Shown: positions 38,829-47,381 of the stretch, in pieces
Layout: each line of letters starts with the position of its first letter
Position numbering within the stretch: the stretch's first letter is position 1
Assembly: GCA_963828735.1 (NCBI GenBank)
Contig: CAWHFW010000005.1
Coordinates: forward strand, 1,344,001 to 1,408,000
DNA from: an uncultured Gemmatimonadales bacterium
Lineage (GTDB): Bacteria > Gemmatimonadota > Gemmatimonadetes > Gemmatimonadales > GWC2-71-9
DNA: 64,000 bases
Direction of reading: 5' to 3'
Notes under the pieces: model-generated
Seen by the model: only the letters and a program-made list of their open reading frames with translations
Told to the model about the DNA's origin: nothing
Databases searched by the model: none
Made by a program: the position numbers and the translations under genes

Positions 38829-39229
38829 GCGGGACCGTGGCTCGCGCGGCCTTCAGTGGGGGGACCCTCGAGGGTCGCCATCACCATGCGCCGAAGGTGG
38901 TCGAGCGTGAACGGCTTGAGGAGGAGCGGGCAGCGCTGCAGATCCCGAGGCCAGTGCTCCGTCTCGGCAAAGGTGTCGCCCGTCATGAGGACGATGCGGT
39001 CCGCCAGGCGCGGCCAGCGGCGTGTCAGCGCGAGGTAGAAGGTGTCGCCGGACATCTGCGGCAGATGCAGATCCAGCAGCACGAGATCGACGTCCGCCTC
39101 GTCGAGGAGCTGGTAGGCCAGATGCGCGTCGGCGGCGGACACCACCTCGCATCCCATGGCGCGAAGCGCCCGCTCGAGCGTCCGGCGCAGGCACGCCTCG
39201 TCGTCCACGACGAGGATACGCGGGCTCAT
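38825..39229 (-). CDS. single-domain response regulator (receiver)
   Basis: ILVVDDE, LVLLDLHLP, LMTG, LLKPF. ATGA overlaps on both sides. Confidence 0.9.
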   Translation of the reverse strand: MSPRILVVDDEACLRRTLERALRAMGCEVVSAADAHLAYQLLDEADVDLVLLDLHLPQMSGDTFYLALTRRWPRLADRIVLMTGDTFAETEHWPRDLQRCPLLLKPFTLDHLRRMVMATLEGPPTEGRASHGPA

Positions 39230-40029
39230 GACGCGGCCGCCCGTCGGGCCGGCGTCAAGTACCGGCTGGTGACCATCGCGAGGGCGTCATCGATTGACAT
39301 GGACACGCGGAGCTCTCCCGCGGTGAGGCCGAAGACGGCGCGCAGGTGCATCTGCAGTGTCTTGGTCTTGCTGTAGCCCAGCTTCAGGGCGACGTCCTCC
39401 ACCGTGTATCCCGGATCGAGCAGCAGGCGGTGCGCGTACAGGAGCCGGGTCAGCACCATCACGACGCGGGGCGAGGGAAGGCCGACTTTGGTGAACCAGC
39501 GCTCGCAGGTACGCCTGGTGAGGCGGGCGCGCTCCGCCAGCGCGGTGACGGTCGGCCCCTCGTCGGGCGCGTGCAACATCGCTTCGAGCGCGGTGCGCAG
39601 CTCCGGCGGCAGCTCGCGCAGGATGGGCCCCATGCCCTGGATGACCTGCTGTGACGCGCTCTGCTCCAGCTCCGCCAACAGCGCATTCCTGAGCGATCCC
39701 GGCGCGTCCTCGAACCGATGCACCACGACCCGCCGAATCCCGGCCCGCCCCAGCTCCAGCAGCACGCCCGCCGTAGCCGGGGCGAGCTCCGTGTAGACCA
39801 GGAGCGGCAGGGAGGGGAAGAACTGGCGCAGACGGCCGATCCCGTGGGTTCGGGGCGTCGAGCCGCCCAGAAGCGGGTCCACAACGGCCATCTCTACCGG
39901 CTTCGCGCGAATGCCTTCCACGGCTTCGGGCCAGGTGGCCACGGCCTCCCAGACGAACCGTTCGGGGTCGAGTGAACGGAGTCGGAAAAGGCGTTCGGCG
40001 GGCACGGCGGCGAGAAGAAGATGTCGCAA
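39226..40029 (-). CDS. AraC-family transcriptional regulator with a degenerate receiver-like N-terminal domain
   Basis: TVTALAERARLTRRTCERWF and TVEDVALKLGYS double HTH. Probable TTG start at 40029 after AGGGG (alternative GTG 40005). Confidence 0.88.
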   Translation of the reverse strand: MRHLLLAAVPAERLFRLRSLDPERFVWEAVATWPEAVEGIRAKPVEMAVVDPLLGGSTPRTHGIGRLRQFFPSLPLLVYTELAPATAGVLLELGRAGIRRVVVHRFEDAPGSLRNALLAELEQSASQQVIQGMGPILRELPPELRTALEAMLHAPDEGPTVTALAERARLTRRTCERWFTKVGLPSPRVVMVLTRLLYAHRLLLDPGYTVEDVALKLGYSKTKTLQMHLRAVFGLTAGELRVSMSIDDALAMVTSRYLTPARRAAAS

Positions 40030-40052
40030 AACGGCCCCTATTTGTCGCAAAA
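40022..40052. promoter_or_regulatory. TGTCGCAAAA direct repeat with a 21-bp period (putative AraC-type operator)
   Basis: Identical 10-mers at 40022-40031 and 40043-40052, between the divergent AraC and peptide genes. Confidence 0.65.
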
Positions 40053-40129
40053 AAGGCCTAAACCGGTCGGTCGGCCCAGGGCAGATTGGCCAGACCCCCA
40101 CATCGCACAGTCAGATGAAAGGGCTTCCA

Positions 40130-40273
40130 ATGTCGCGTACCACGACCAAGTGGCTCGTCCTCGCGTCACTAACACTCGCGGGCCTGAGCTCGGCCGCCTG
40201 CACACGAAACGATGCCACCGGGCCCTCGGAGCAGCCGAAGCCCTCGTTCGAGGGACAAGGCGCAAATAACTAA
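40130..40273 (+). CDS. 47-aa secreted lipopeptide precursor (candidate signalling peptide)
   Basis: GAAAGGG RBS; MSRTTTKWLVLASLTLAGLSSAA-CTRNDATGPSEQPKPSFEGQGANN. It has a basic n-region, hydrophobic h-region and lipobox-like Cys24. Confidence 0.75.
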   Translation: MSRTTTKWLVLASLTLAGLSSAACTRNDATGPSEQPKPSFEGQGANN

Positions 40274-41571
40274 GTCGCCTGCAGGGCGAAATCCCGAAGC
40301 CCGATTGCCACTTCCCGGATGGCCGGCGGATGAACCTCGGCCGACGGGAGGAGATCGAGCTCTCGGAGTTCACAGCCGGACAGGTTGGCGATCGTCTGCT
40401 CGAATCGGAAGAACCACGAGTTGAGGCGGTGGTTCTCGGAGTGCGCCTGCCCCGCCAGGAGCAGGTCGCGCGCGCGCACGAATTGACCGAAGCGGGCGAG
40501 ACCCACTCCGGCCTTGAAGTAGAAATCGGCCAGCATGCTCGGCGGCATGCGGGTGCGCGCCGCGTCGCCCTCGGCCCGCCGCCGCTCGAACGCCATCCGG
40601 TTGCCCACCGCCGATTCCATGTCCATCAGCTCGAGCACCGCGTTTAGGCGAACGCCGAAGCTCGTCTTGGAGCGCAGGACGATGTCGAACGCGTTGCGCG
40701 CCGCGTCGTGTGCCCCGATCCCGAGCAGGGCCACGCCGAGATCGCCGAGCACCCGTGTGCGCTGCAGCAGATCGTCGCTCAGCAGGAACGAGCGGTAGAT
40801 CGCCTGGATGGCGTCCACCTGCCGGCCCTCGACCAGCAGCACCGCGCCCAGGTCCGCGTAGGCCATGGCCTCGACCTCTCGGAGCCCCGCGCGATCGGCG
40901 CCAGCCGCGACCTCCTCGGCGATCTGCCGCGCCAGCGGCAGGTTGCCCTGGCCGCGGAGCACGGCGCCACGGCCAAGCCTTGCCCGCAGCACGAGCACCT
41001 TGTCTCTCGCGGTGTCGGCGGCCGACTCGGCCGCGGAGTAGCAGGCCGTGGCAGCAGGCCAGCGCGCCAGGAGACGGTTGAGGCGGCCCGCGAACAGTGC
41101 GGAAGCGGCGAAATCCGGAGCCGGAACGCCCGGGCCATGGGTTCGAACGGCCAGCGCGAGCACCTCGAGCGCCTCTTCGAGCCGGCCCTCGTGCTCGAGG
41201 AAGTAGGCGTATGCCATCAGGCTGAGGCGGAGGCTGGCGAGGGACTGAGCGCCGACGGGAATAGCGTCGGTGATGCCGTGCAGGTGAGCGCTTTCGGGGG
41301 AATCGGCCGGCAGCTCGCGGAGATGACGGCGCACGGCATCCAGCTGCCAGAGCATCCCCTCCTGCCCTCCGGTGCTGTCATCCCGCATCAGCATCCGGTC
41401 CACCAGCCGCGAGACGAGATACGCTCCCAACGCCAGGCGGGCGGACAACTCGCGATCCCGCTCATGTTCGCCACGCGCGCGCTCGAGAAATGGAGCGTGC
41501 GTCAGAACATCGGCGGACGACTCGACCTCACCGAAGAGCTGCTGCGGCGTGAACAGATCGCGTCCTTCCAT
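40270..41571 (-). CDS. cytoplasmic TPR-like all-helical protein
   Basis: Repeated units such as YAYFLEHEGRLEEA, GAVLRGQGNLPLA, LGAVLLVEGRQVDA, LGVALLGIGAHDAA, AGVGLARFGQFVRA. No signal peptide or TM. Confidence 0.85.
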   Translation of the reverse strand: MEGRDLFTPQQLFGEVESSADVLTHAPFLERARGEHERDRELSARLALGAYLVSRLVDRMLMRDDSTGGQEGMLWQLDAVRRHLRELPADSPESAHLHGITDAIPVGAQSLASLRLSLMAYAYFLEHEGRLEEALEVLALAVRTHGPGVPAPDFAASALFAGRLNRLLARWPAATACYSAAESAADTARDKVLVLRARLGRGAVLRGQGNLPLARQIAEEVAAGADRAGLREVEAMAYADLGAVLLVEGRQVDAIQAIYRSFLLSDDLLQRTRVLGDLGVALLGIGAHDAARNAFDIVLRSKTSFGVRLNAVLELMDMESAVGNRMAFERRRAEGDAARTRMPPSMLADFYFKAGVGLARFGQFVRARDLLLAGQAHSENHRLNSWFFRFEQTIANLSGCELRELDLLPSAEVHPPAIREVAIGLRDFALQAT

Positions 41572-41699
41572 GAAAAGTGTCGGGGGTCAGGAGCTAGTAT
41601 CGCCCCCCGGGCTCCCCCAGGCAAGGGCACGCAATTTCCGGCAGCCGACGGCAAAAATTGGGTGCCGATCGGGCGGGGGCGCGTCCCTATTCTGGCCCC

Positions 41700-42125
41700 A
41701 TGCGACGCGGCGTTACCATCCTCGAGCTTGCGCTGGTCCTGGTCATCATGGGCCTGGTCACCGGCATCGCGGTGCCCCGGTTCCAGCGGGTCGCCGACGG
41801 CCTCGCGGTTCGCCACGCAGCCCTCGAAGTCGTCTCGGCACACCGGCGCGCCAGGATGAGCGCCATCCTTCAGAATCGCCTTCTCGAGCTCGTTGTCACC
41901 GCCGACACCCTCGCCATCCGGGTTCCCGGAGCGGCGGTCGATCTGTGGCACACCCCGGGGCCGGCGTCCGAGCGGGTGACACTCACGGGCCCCACACGAG
42001 GGCCCGTCTTTTCGCCGGTGGGCCTGACGGTAGGCGTGTCCAATGGGACGTATCGCCTGACTCGAGGCACAGCCACCATCTCGGTTATCGTCTCCCGTCT
42101 CGGTCGCATTCGGCTCGGACCGTGA
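41700..42125 (+). CDS. prepilin-type (GspH/FimT-like) minor pilin/pseudopilin
   Basis: MRRG-VTILELALVLVIMG class III signal with E5; RARMSAI; C-terminal SRLGRIR. Confidence 0.88.
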   Translation: MRRGVTILELALVLVIMGLVTGIAVPRFQRVADGLAVRHAALEVVSAHRRARMSAILQNRLLELVVTADTLAIRVPGAAVDLWHTPGPASERVTLTGPTRGPVFSPVGLTVGVSNGTYRLTRGTATISVIVSRLGRIRLGP

Positions 42126-42212
42126 GCGCGCGGCCCCTCGGCTAGCTCGAAGGATGACGGCACCTTCGATGAGGGGTCGCGCGCTCAGAACGCGGGGCCG
42201 GTGTCCCCACGG

Positions 42213-42731
42213 TCATTCCCCCCCAACACGCACGAAATCCGCGGCGGTCGCCTGGCTCTCGAAGGACACGGCTCCGGCCCTCACGTGCCCCGCAGGCATC
42301 GGTGGCTGCGCCCGCGGGCCGGCGGACTGCTCGAAGATCGCCAGCGCGAACGCTCCGGCCGCGGCCAGGCCGTACTTACGCACCTTGTGCAGCAAGGTGG
42401 AGCGGGAGATGCCGAGGAGAAGAGCGGCCTGCCGTTTGTTGCCGCGGGTGTGTCGCAGCATCAGAGCAATGTGACGTCGCTCGGCGGACTCGAGCGAGTC
42501 GGGAGCCGCCGGCTCCGCCGGGGCGAGCGCCTCGCGCAACCGTGCAAGATCCAGGTCGGCCACCCTGAGATCCAGCAGGAGCGCATCGAAGCCCGGCACT
42601 CCGATCGCGGCCGCCGCGGCTGGCGCGTCGGGCGCCGCTGCAGCGTGGTGACCCGACGCGCGCAGCATGGCGAGGACGGCGTCGCGCCGCTCGGTGTCGC
42701 GCTCGAGCACCAGCACGTGCATCGGGATCAT
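42213..42731 (-). CDS. degenerate receiver + Fis-type HTH protein
   Basis: VLVLERD..FDALLLDL, then SLESAERRHI..GNKRQAALLLGISRSTLLHKVRKYGL. Confidence 0.78.
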   Translation of the reverse strand: MIPMHVLVLERDTERRDAVLAMLRASGHHAAAAPDAPAAAAAIGVPGFDALLLDLRVADLDLARLREALAPAEPAAPDSLESAERRHIALMLRHTRGNKRQAALLLGISRSTLLHKVRKYGLAAAGAFALAIFEQSAGPRAQPPMPAGHVRAGAVSFESQATAADFVRVGGE

Positions 42732-42838
42732 GGACGGAAGGTACTGCAGAAAATCCACCCAAGACAGGCGGAGGAAATCTGATTTCGGCCTCATCGGCCT
42801 CCTCGGGCCAGCCCGCGGTACTCCGCGCCGAACCCGCC

Positions 42839-43834
42839 GTGCTCGCGGCCGACCTCAGGTCGCTCCCGATCGGCACGCGGGTGGATTGTCCGATGCTGGT
42901 CATGGCGGTGGAGCGTCGCGACTCCAGTCGCGGCGGATTCGTCACGCTTTTGCTCGGCAACTCTCGTGGCCGGCTGTCGACATCGCCCTTCTGGCCGGAG
43001 GATCAAAGGCGTCTTCTTGGCATCGAGCCAGGCGTGGTGGCGCTGGTGGCGGGCGAGGTGGGGGAGTTCAACGGGCGGCGCCAGCTCAAGGTCACATCGC
43101 TCGTCGCGCTCCCGCGCGGCGCGGTCGATTGGCGCTGCCTCCTGCCGTCGGTCGCGTCGGTCACACCCTACTGGCGGGCGCTGGATCGGTGGCGCCGGGC
43201 GATCGCGGGACCGCGGCTTCGGCTCACGCTCGATCTGTTCTATGAGGACGAGGGCTTCCGCGGACGCTTCGAGTCGTGTCCCGCCAGCACCGCTGGACAC
43301 CATGCCGAGCTCGGTGGCCTGCTCCGTCACACCTGCGAGGTGGCGGCCATCGGGCGTGCCATCGCCTCCACGTGCCGGGCCGATCGCGACCTCGTGCTCG
43401 CGGGCGCGTTGCTTCACGACATCGGAAAGCTCGAGGCGTACCGCTGGGAGGGCGCGTTCGAGACCACCGCCTCCGGTGCCCTGCTGGGTCACGTCACGCT
43501 GGGCATGCTGATGCTCGATGACCGCCTCCGCCGCCAGGCGTCGCCACCGTGCACGGACGACGAGCGACGTCTTCTCCAGCACCTGATCGCGTCGCACCAC
43601 GGCCGCCAGGAGTTCGGCGCCGCGGTGCCGCCGATGACGCTCGAGGCGGAGATCCTCCATTTCGCGGACAACGCCAGCGCCAAGACCACCAGCATGGCCA
43701 ACGCACTCGCGGATCCTGACAACTTCCCGGCGGGCGAGCACCTCAGCGCGCGGTCGCTCTGGGAGCTGGACAGGCGGCGGGCATATCGCGGGTGGAGTGA
43801 TTGGGGGCGCGGAGACGACGGCACGAGGGGGTAG
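42839..43834 (+). CDS. OB-fold + HD domain 3'-5' exoribonuclease, YhaM/Cbf1-like
   Basis: GEVGEFNGRRQLKV OB fold; HHAELGGLLRHT, LLHDIGK, LLGHV, SHHG..EFG, EAEILHFAD. Confidence 0.85.
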   Translation: MLAADLRSLPIGTRVDCPMLVMAVERRDSSRGGFVTLLLGNSRGRLSTSPFWPEDQRRLLGIEPGVVALVAGEVGEFNGRRQLKVTSLVALPRGAVDWRCLLPSVASVTPYWRALDRWRRAIAGPRLRLTLDLFYEDEGFRGRFESCPASTAGHHAELGGLLRHTCEVAAIGRAIASTCRADRDLVLAGALLHDIGKLEAYRWEGAFETTASGALLGHVTLGMLMLDDRLRRQASPPCTDDERRLLQHLIASHHGRQEFGAAVPPMTLEAEILHFADNASAKTTSMANALADPDNFPAGEHLSARSLWELDRRRAYRGWSDWGRGDDGTRG

Positions 43835-43873
43835 AAAACGGAACGGCCGCCTAGTCGTGGCTAGACGGCCGTC
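43835..43873 (-). terminator. intrinsic terminator (minus-strand polarity, possibly bidirectional)
   Basis: Minus strand reads ACGGCCGTCTAG-ccacga-CTAGGCGGCCGT followed by TCCGTTTT. Confidence 0.65.
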
Positions 43874-44260
43874 CCACGTATGGACTATTCGAGGTCGGGG
43901 CATCGCTGCCACCGTTCTTCTCCTACCTGCCACCGGTTGGCTGATACGCCGCTCGGGAGGGCAAGGTAGAGCCTCGATTTCGATCCCCAGGCCGGATGGC
44001 CATCCCACCTGGTTCGTCCATTCGAGCGCTGCGAGTCAGATCGGGTCGCGGACCGACCGTTCGCACTGCACCCCGAGGCGCAAGATCGGAGTGGATGAAG
44101 CACGCGACTGGCTTCACCTGTTCGAGCCGGGGTGATCACCGGGATCAACGAGAGCCTGAGCCCTTGGTTGCGTCGGCCCCCTCCCCCGATATCCCGCTCG
44201 AACCCGCTTGGCCGGCCGTTACTGTGACTCGGGGTCTCAGCACGTGTCCTTCCTAGCGCG
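43835..44260 (-). ncRNA. candidate structured non-coding RNA (unassigned)
   Basis: No convincing ORF, several nested helices, and a minus-strand terminator. I do not recognise it as tmRNA, RNase P or a tRNA. Confidence 0.3.
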
Positions 44261-44427
44261 TGGAACTAAAATAGGCACCCGCGAGGATCTCGCAAGTGCC
44301 TGATTTTATTCGGGTTACGTCAACTCTGTCTGTGTAGGATGTGGATTCGTAACCCGTGCCTGCCGCGCACCCTAGCCGCTCCATCCACACGATGTGGACA
44401 TGTGAATCCACACTTTCACCCGACCCC

Positions 44428-45045
44428 TCAGGACTCGAGGCCGACCTCCACATACCGGTAGGTTGCATCGGGATCAGGCGAGCCGAACAGGCAGCCGGCG
44501 TTGCTGGCTGCGAACCAGCCCGCCACCAGCGGCCGTGGGACGTCCAGTTGGTGAATGATCTGACCGAGCCAGCGCCGCAGGTGCCGAAGCTCCGGAGCAC
44601 GGCGGCCCAGCATGGCGAGCAAAGCACCGGCGCCGGACGTGGCGCGGAGAAAGTGGGCCAGGGCGTGGGCGCGCTGGGTGAACTCCACAGCCTTCACCCC
44701 GGGCTCGTCGAAGAGAACGGCGCCCTCGTAGACGTCCATCGGCGGCGCGTCGAGACGCGGACCCAAGTAGACGTACCGCCGCCCTTGAGGACCTTTCCGC
44801 TCCACCACGGCCGCGGCGGTCTCGCTTGTGAGCCGCGCGGCATGCAGGAGATCGTCGTCGAGCAGGATCCCGACGGCACCGGTCCACTCGAGCGCGGCGA
44901 GCGCGTTCTCGACCGGGCACCCCAGTGTGTCGTCGAACGCTAGGACCCGTGGGGCTTCCCCCGCGCGGAGGACGAAGTGGGAGAGGCCTTCGGCTCGATC
45001 GGTGAAGGTGCGAACCACCAACGCTTGTGGTGAGGTCATGGGCAT
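44428..45045 (-). CDS. conserved-looking hypothetical protein with an internal duplication
   Basis: FTDRAEGLSHFVLRAG and FTQRAHALAHFLRATS are similar segments; coding-like codon usage. Confidence 0.7.
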   Translation of the reverse strand: MPMTSPQALVVRTFTDRAEGLSHFVLRAGEAPRVLAFDDTLGCPVENALAALEWTGAVGILLDDDLLHAARLTSETAAAVVERKGPQGRRYVYLGPRLDAPPMDVYEGAVLFDEPGVKAVEFTQRAHALAHFLRATSGAGALLAMLGRRAPELRHLRRWLGQIIHQLDVPRPLVAGWFAASNAGCLFGSPDPDATYRYVEVGLES

Positions 45046-45141
45046 CAATCTAAGGGGATTCCGGCCGTCGCGTTACCGGAATGGCCCCGTCGGGATGCGC
45101 GGGCTACCTTTGAACAGAGCCAGCTCATCCCGGAGACGCGC

Positions 45142-45663
45142 ATGCACGTGGAGTGGACGACGTACGGTTCGCCGGTCGGCGCGCTGACCGTTGTCGAGTG
45201 CGAGGCGGGTCCGTTGGTCGTCGAATTCCCCCACCGCGCAGCCACGGTCAAGTGGGCGGTGCGCCTTCGCTCGGCCATTCCCGAGCTCCATATCGCCCAG
45301 GGCCCCTGCCGCGCCACGACGCAGTGGCTCGATGAGTATTTCGGCGGGTCGCCTCGACCATTTCCCTTTCCCGACCATTTGAAGCGCTGGTTCGAGCTGT
45401 CTCCCGCGCAGGTCGCCGTCTTCAAGACCCTGCGCAAGATTCCGCTCGGAGAAACACGGTCGTACGAGGACATCGCCCGAGCGACACGGCTGCATCCACG
45501 CCAGATTGGCTGGCTCGTCGCCGCCAACCATCTCGCCATTCTGATTCCGTGTCATCGGGTGGTGGGAAAAGACGGCGCGCTGGTCGGATACGGCGGCGGT
45601 CTGGCGCGAAAGCGCTGGCTCCTGGATCACGAGCTCAGGACGGCGGGAGTGGTGCTGCGATAA
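45142..45663 (+). CDS. ogt: methylated-DNA--protein-cysteine methyltransferase
   Basis: SPVGAL, IPLGETRSY, IPCHRVV active site, GYGGGL..K..LL.HE. Confidence 0.92.
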   Translation: MHVEWTTYGSPVGALTVVECEAGPLVVEFPHRAATVKWAVRLRSAIPELHIAQGPCRATTQWLDEYFGGSPRPFPFPDHLKRWFELSPAQVAVFKTLRKIPLGETRSYEDIARATRLHPRQIGWLVAANHLAILIPCHRVVGKDGALVGYGGGLARKRWLLDHELRTAGVVLR

Positions 45664-45862
45664 GCCATCCTGCGGAAGTCGGATGGTCACGGACCCGGCC
45701 CACGGAAGCGGCAAGGACCTCGCGGACGCCCATCCCGCGCGAGGAAGCGGCGAGGTTCCGTCCCGATCACGTTCGCTTCCTCACGGTCGCCCGATCGCCT
45801 GACGGTCCGACCGCCTGACTGCCCCGAGCCCGCCCGTCGACCCGCCCCGCCGTCCTGCGATA

Positions 45863-45891
45863 TTGACAAATCCAAAGCCGCGCATGACCTT
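45863..45891 (+). promoter_or_regulatory. putative sigma70 promoter of the cold-shock gene (long 5' UTR)
   Basis: Perfect TTGACA at 45863 with a weak -10 (TGACCT/GACCTT), ~165 nt before the ATG. Confidence 0.45.
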
Positions 45892-46056
45892 GGACCATGC
45901 TCCGCGAAGTCCATCCTTTGCATACTTGAGTAATCGCCGGCCGGTCGGACCCAAATGGTCCGAGCGGCTTTTTCTATTTGGGGGCTTCTTCACCCGGCCA
46001 CGAAGGCCGGGGGTTTCCCCGGAGCCTGCGGGCTCCCATTTCAAGAGGTTGCAACA

Positions 46057-46257
46057 ATGGCGAAGGGCACGGTCAAGTGGTTCAATGATGCAAAGGGATT
46101 CGGCTTCATAGCGCAGGACGGTGGTAAAGACGTGTTCGTGCACCACACCGCCATCATCGCCGAGGGATTCCGCTCGCTCTCCGAGGGCGACAACGTGGAG
46201 TTCGAGGTCGTGGAGGGCCCCAAAGGTCTCCAGGCCTCCAACGTCCGCAAGGTCTAA
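46057..46257 (+). CDS. csp: cold-shock protein (CspA family)
   Basis: [31 protein letters not shown]; 66 aa; GAGG RBS. Confidence 0.97.
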   Translation: MAKGTVKWFNDAKGFGFIAQDGGKDVFVHHTAIIAEGFRSLSEGDNVEFEVVEGPKGLQASNVRKV

Positions 46258-46362
46258 CACCCCGGCGCCCCGCGCCCTTCCGCACCGACGCACGCATTCT
46301 CGCCCGAGCCCCCACCCACCGGTGGGGGCCTTCGGTTCCATGTCCCCAAGCCCAGGCGGACC

Positions 46363-46905
46363 ATGTCGCCCAGTCTCGGCTCGCTCCTGCTTCCCCTCGC
46401 GCTGTTCGGCGCTGAACCGGCTTCCGCACCGACCGTCCGGAGCGACACCGCGGCACTCGAGTTCCACGGCTTTCGCGCGGGCGCACGTCTCGACGAGCTC
46501 GCGGCGGTAGTCCATGGCTTCGACGGCAGCCGTCTCCGGTGCAGCCGCGCGAAGGCCGACCCGCACGTCACCGAGTGCCGCGCCGTGATCAAGGATCCGG
46601 AGCTCGGCGGCAGCGTGAATCTCTGGGTGTCCGCCCTCGACAGCATCGCCGCCGTCATGACCCTCTCGAGCGGTGTATCCGCCGATCAGCTCGACAGCTG
46701 GCGCCAGTCCATCGAGGCGCGCTACGGTCGCGTGGGTGCGCACGTGCAGGGGTCGCAGTGGATGATGCAGTGGGTCCGCCAGGGTCGCATGCTTCGGCTC
46801 ACGTGGCGCGTCGACCGAGGCGAGAAGGTGGCGTCCGTGAGCCTCGTGGACGGCCCCGTGCTCGACGCATGGGGCCGGGCGCGCGGCAAGTCGGCGCGCT
46901 CATAG
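46363..46905 (+). CDS. exported hypothetical protein
   Basis: Signal peptide, LEFHGFRAG, Cys pair. Confidence 0.7.
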   Translation: MSPSLGSLLLPLALFGAEPASAPTVRSDTAALEFHGFRAGARLDELAAVVHGFDGSRLRCSRAKADPHVTECRAVIKDPELGGSVNLWVSALDSIAAVMTLSSGVSADQLDSWRQSIEARYGRVGAHVQGSQWMMQWVRQGRMLRLTWRVDRGEKVASVSLVDGPVLDAWGRARGKSARS

Positions 46906-46932
46906 CCGGCGCGGAACCTCCGCCAAGCCTCG

Positions 46933-47214
46933 CTACCGCAGGCGCACGAGAAAGCTTCCCTCCGAGTCCTCCAGGACGTAGTCCCGCACGACCGCACCCT
47001 GATCGCGTAGGCTCCGGAGCAGGGTGCGCACGCGCGTCCGAATCGGCGCACCGCCACCGGTCCGTCCCCGCCCCGTGATCAAGCGGACCACGGCGCCTGG
47101 CCGTGCGCGCACCTGTGCCCGGAGAAAGCGCTCGGCGTTGGCCTGGGCCTCACTCACGGCCTGGCCGTGGAGGTCGAACGTGGCCTCGGGCGAACGATCA
47201 GTCCAGTCCGGCAT
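46933..47214 (-). CDS. Smr/MutS2 domain protein
   Basis: FDLHG, LITGRG, GSFLVRL. Confidence 0.9.
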   Translation of the reverse strand: MPDWTDRSPEATFDLHGQAVSEAQANAERFLRAQVRARPGAVVRLITGRGRTGGGAPIRTRVRTLLRSLRDQGAVVRDYVLEDSEGSFLVRLR

Positions 47215-47381
47215 CGAGTGCCATCCGAGGTGAGTACGTTATTTGCACTTCGACCCGTCCCGCAGGGCAGGACTGGGGCTCGAATCGCCTATTCGAGGCC
47301 GCTTTTCTCGACCTCCTCTGCTGCCGCAAGTACTTCACCTTCACCTACTTACTGCTAGACCACCGTTCCCGGGAGCGGACC

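Noticed and set aside
43885..44148. 87-aa minus-strand ORF in the candidate ncRNA region
   Set aside because: No clear RBS, atypical codon usage and no motif; not fully excluded.
43835..44260. tmRNA or RNase P RNA
   Set aside because: No tRNA-like ends and no GAGGAAAGTCC signature on either strand.
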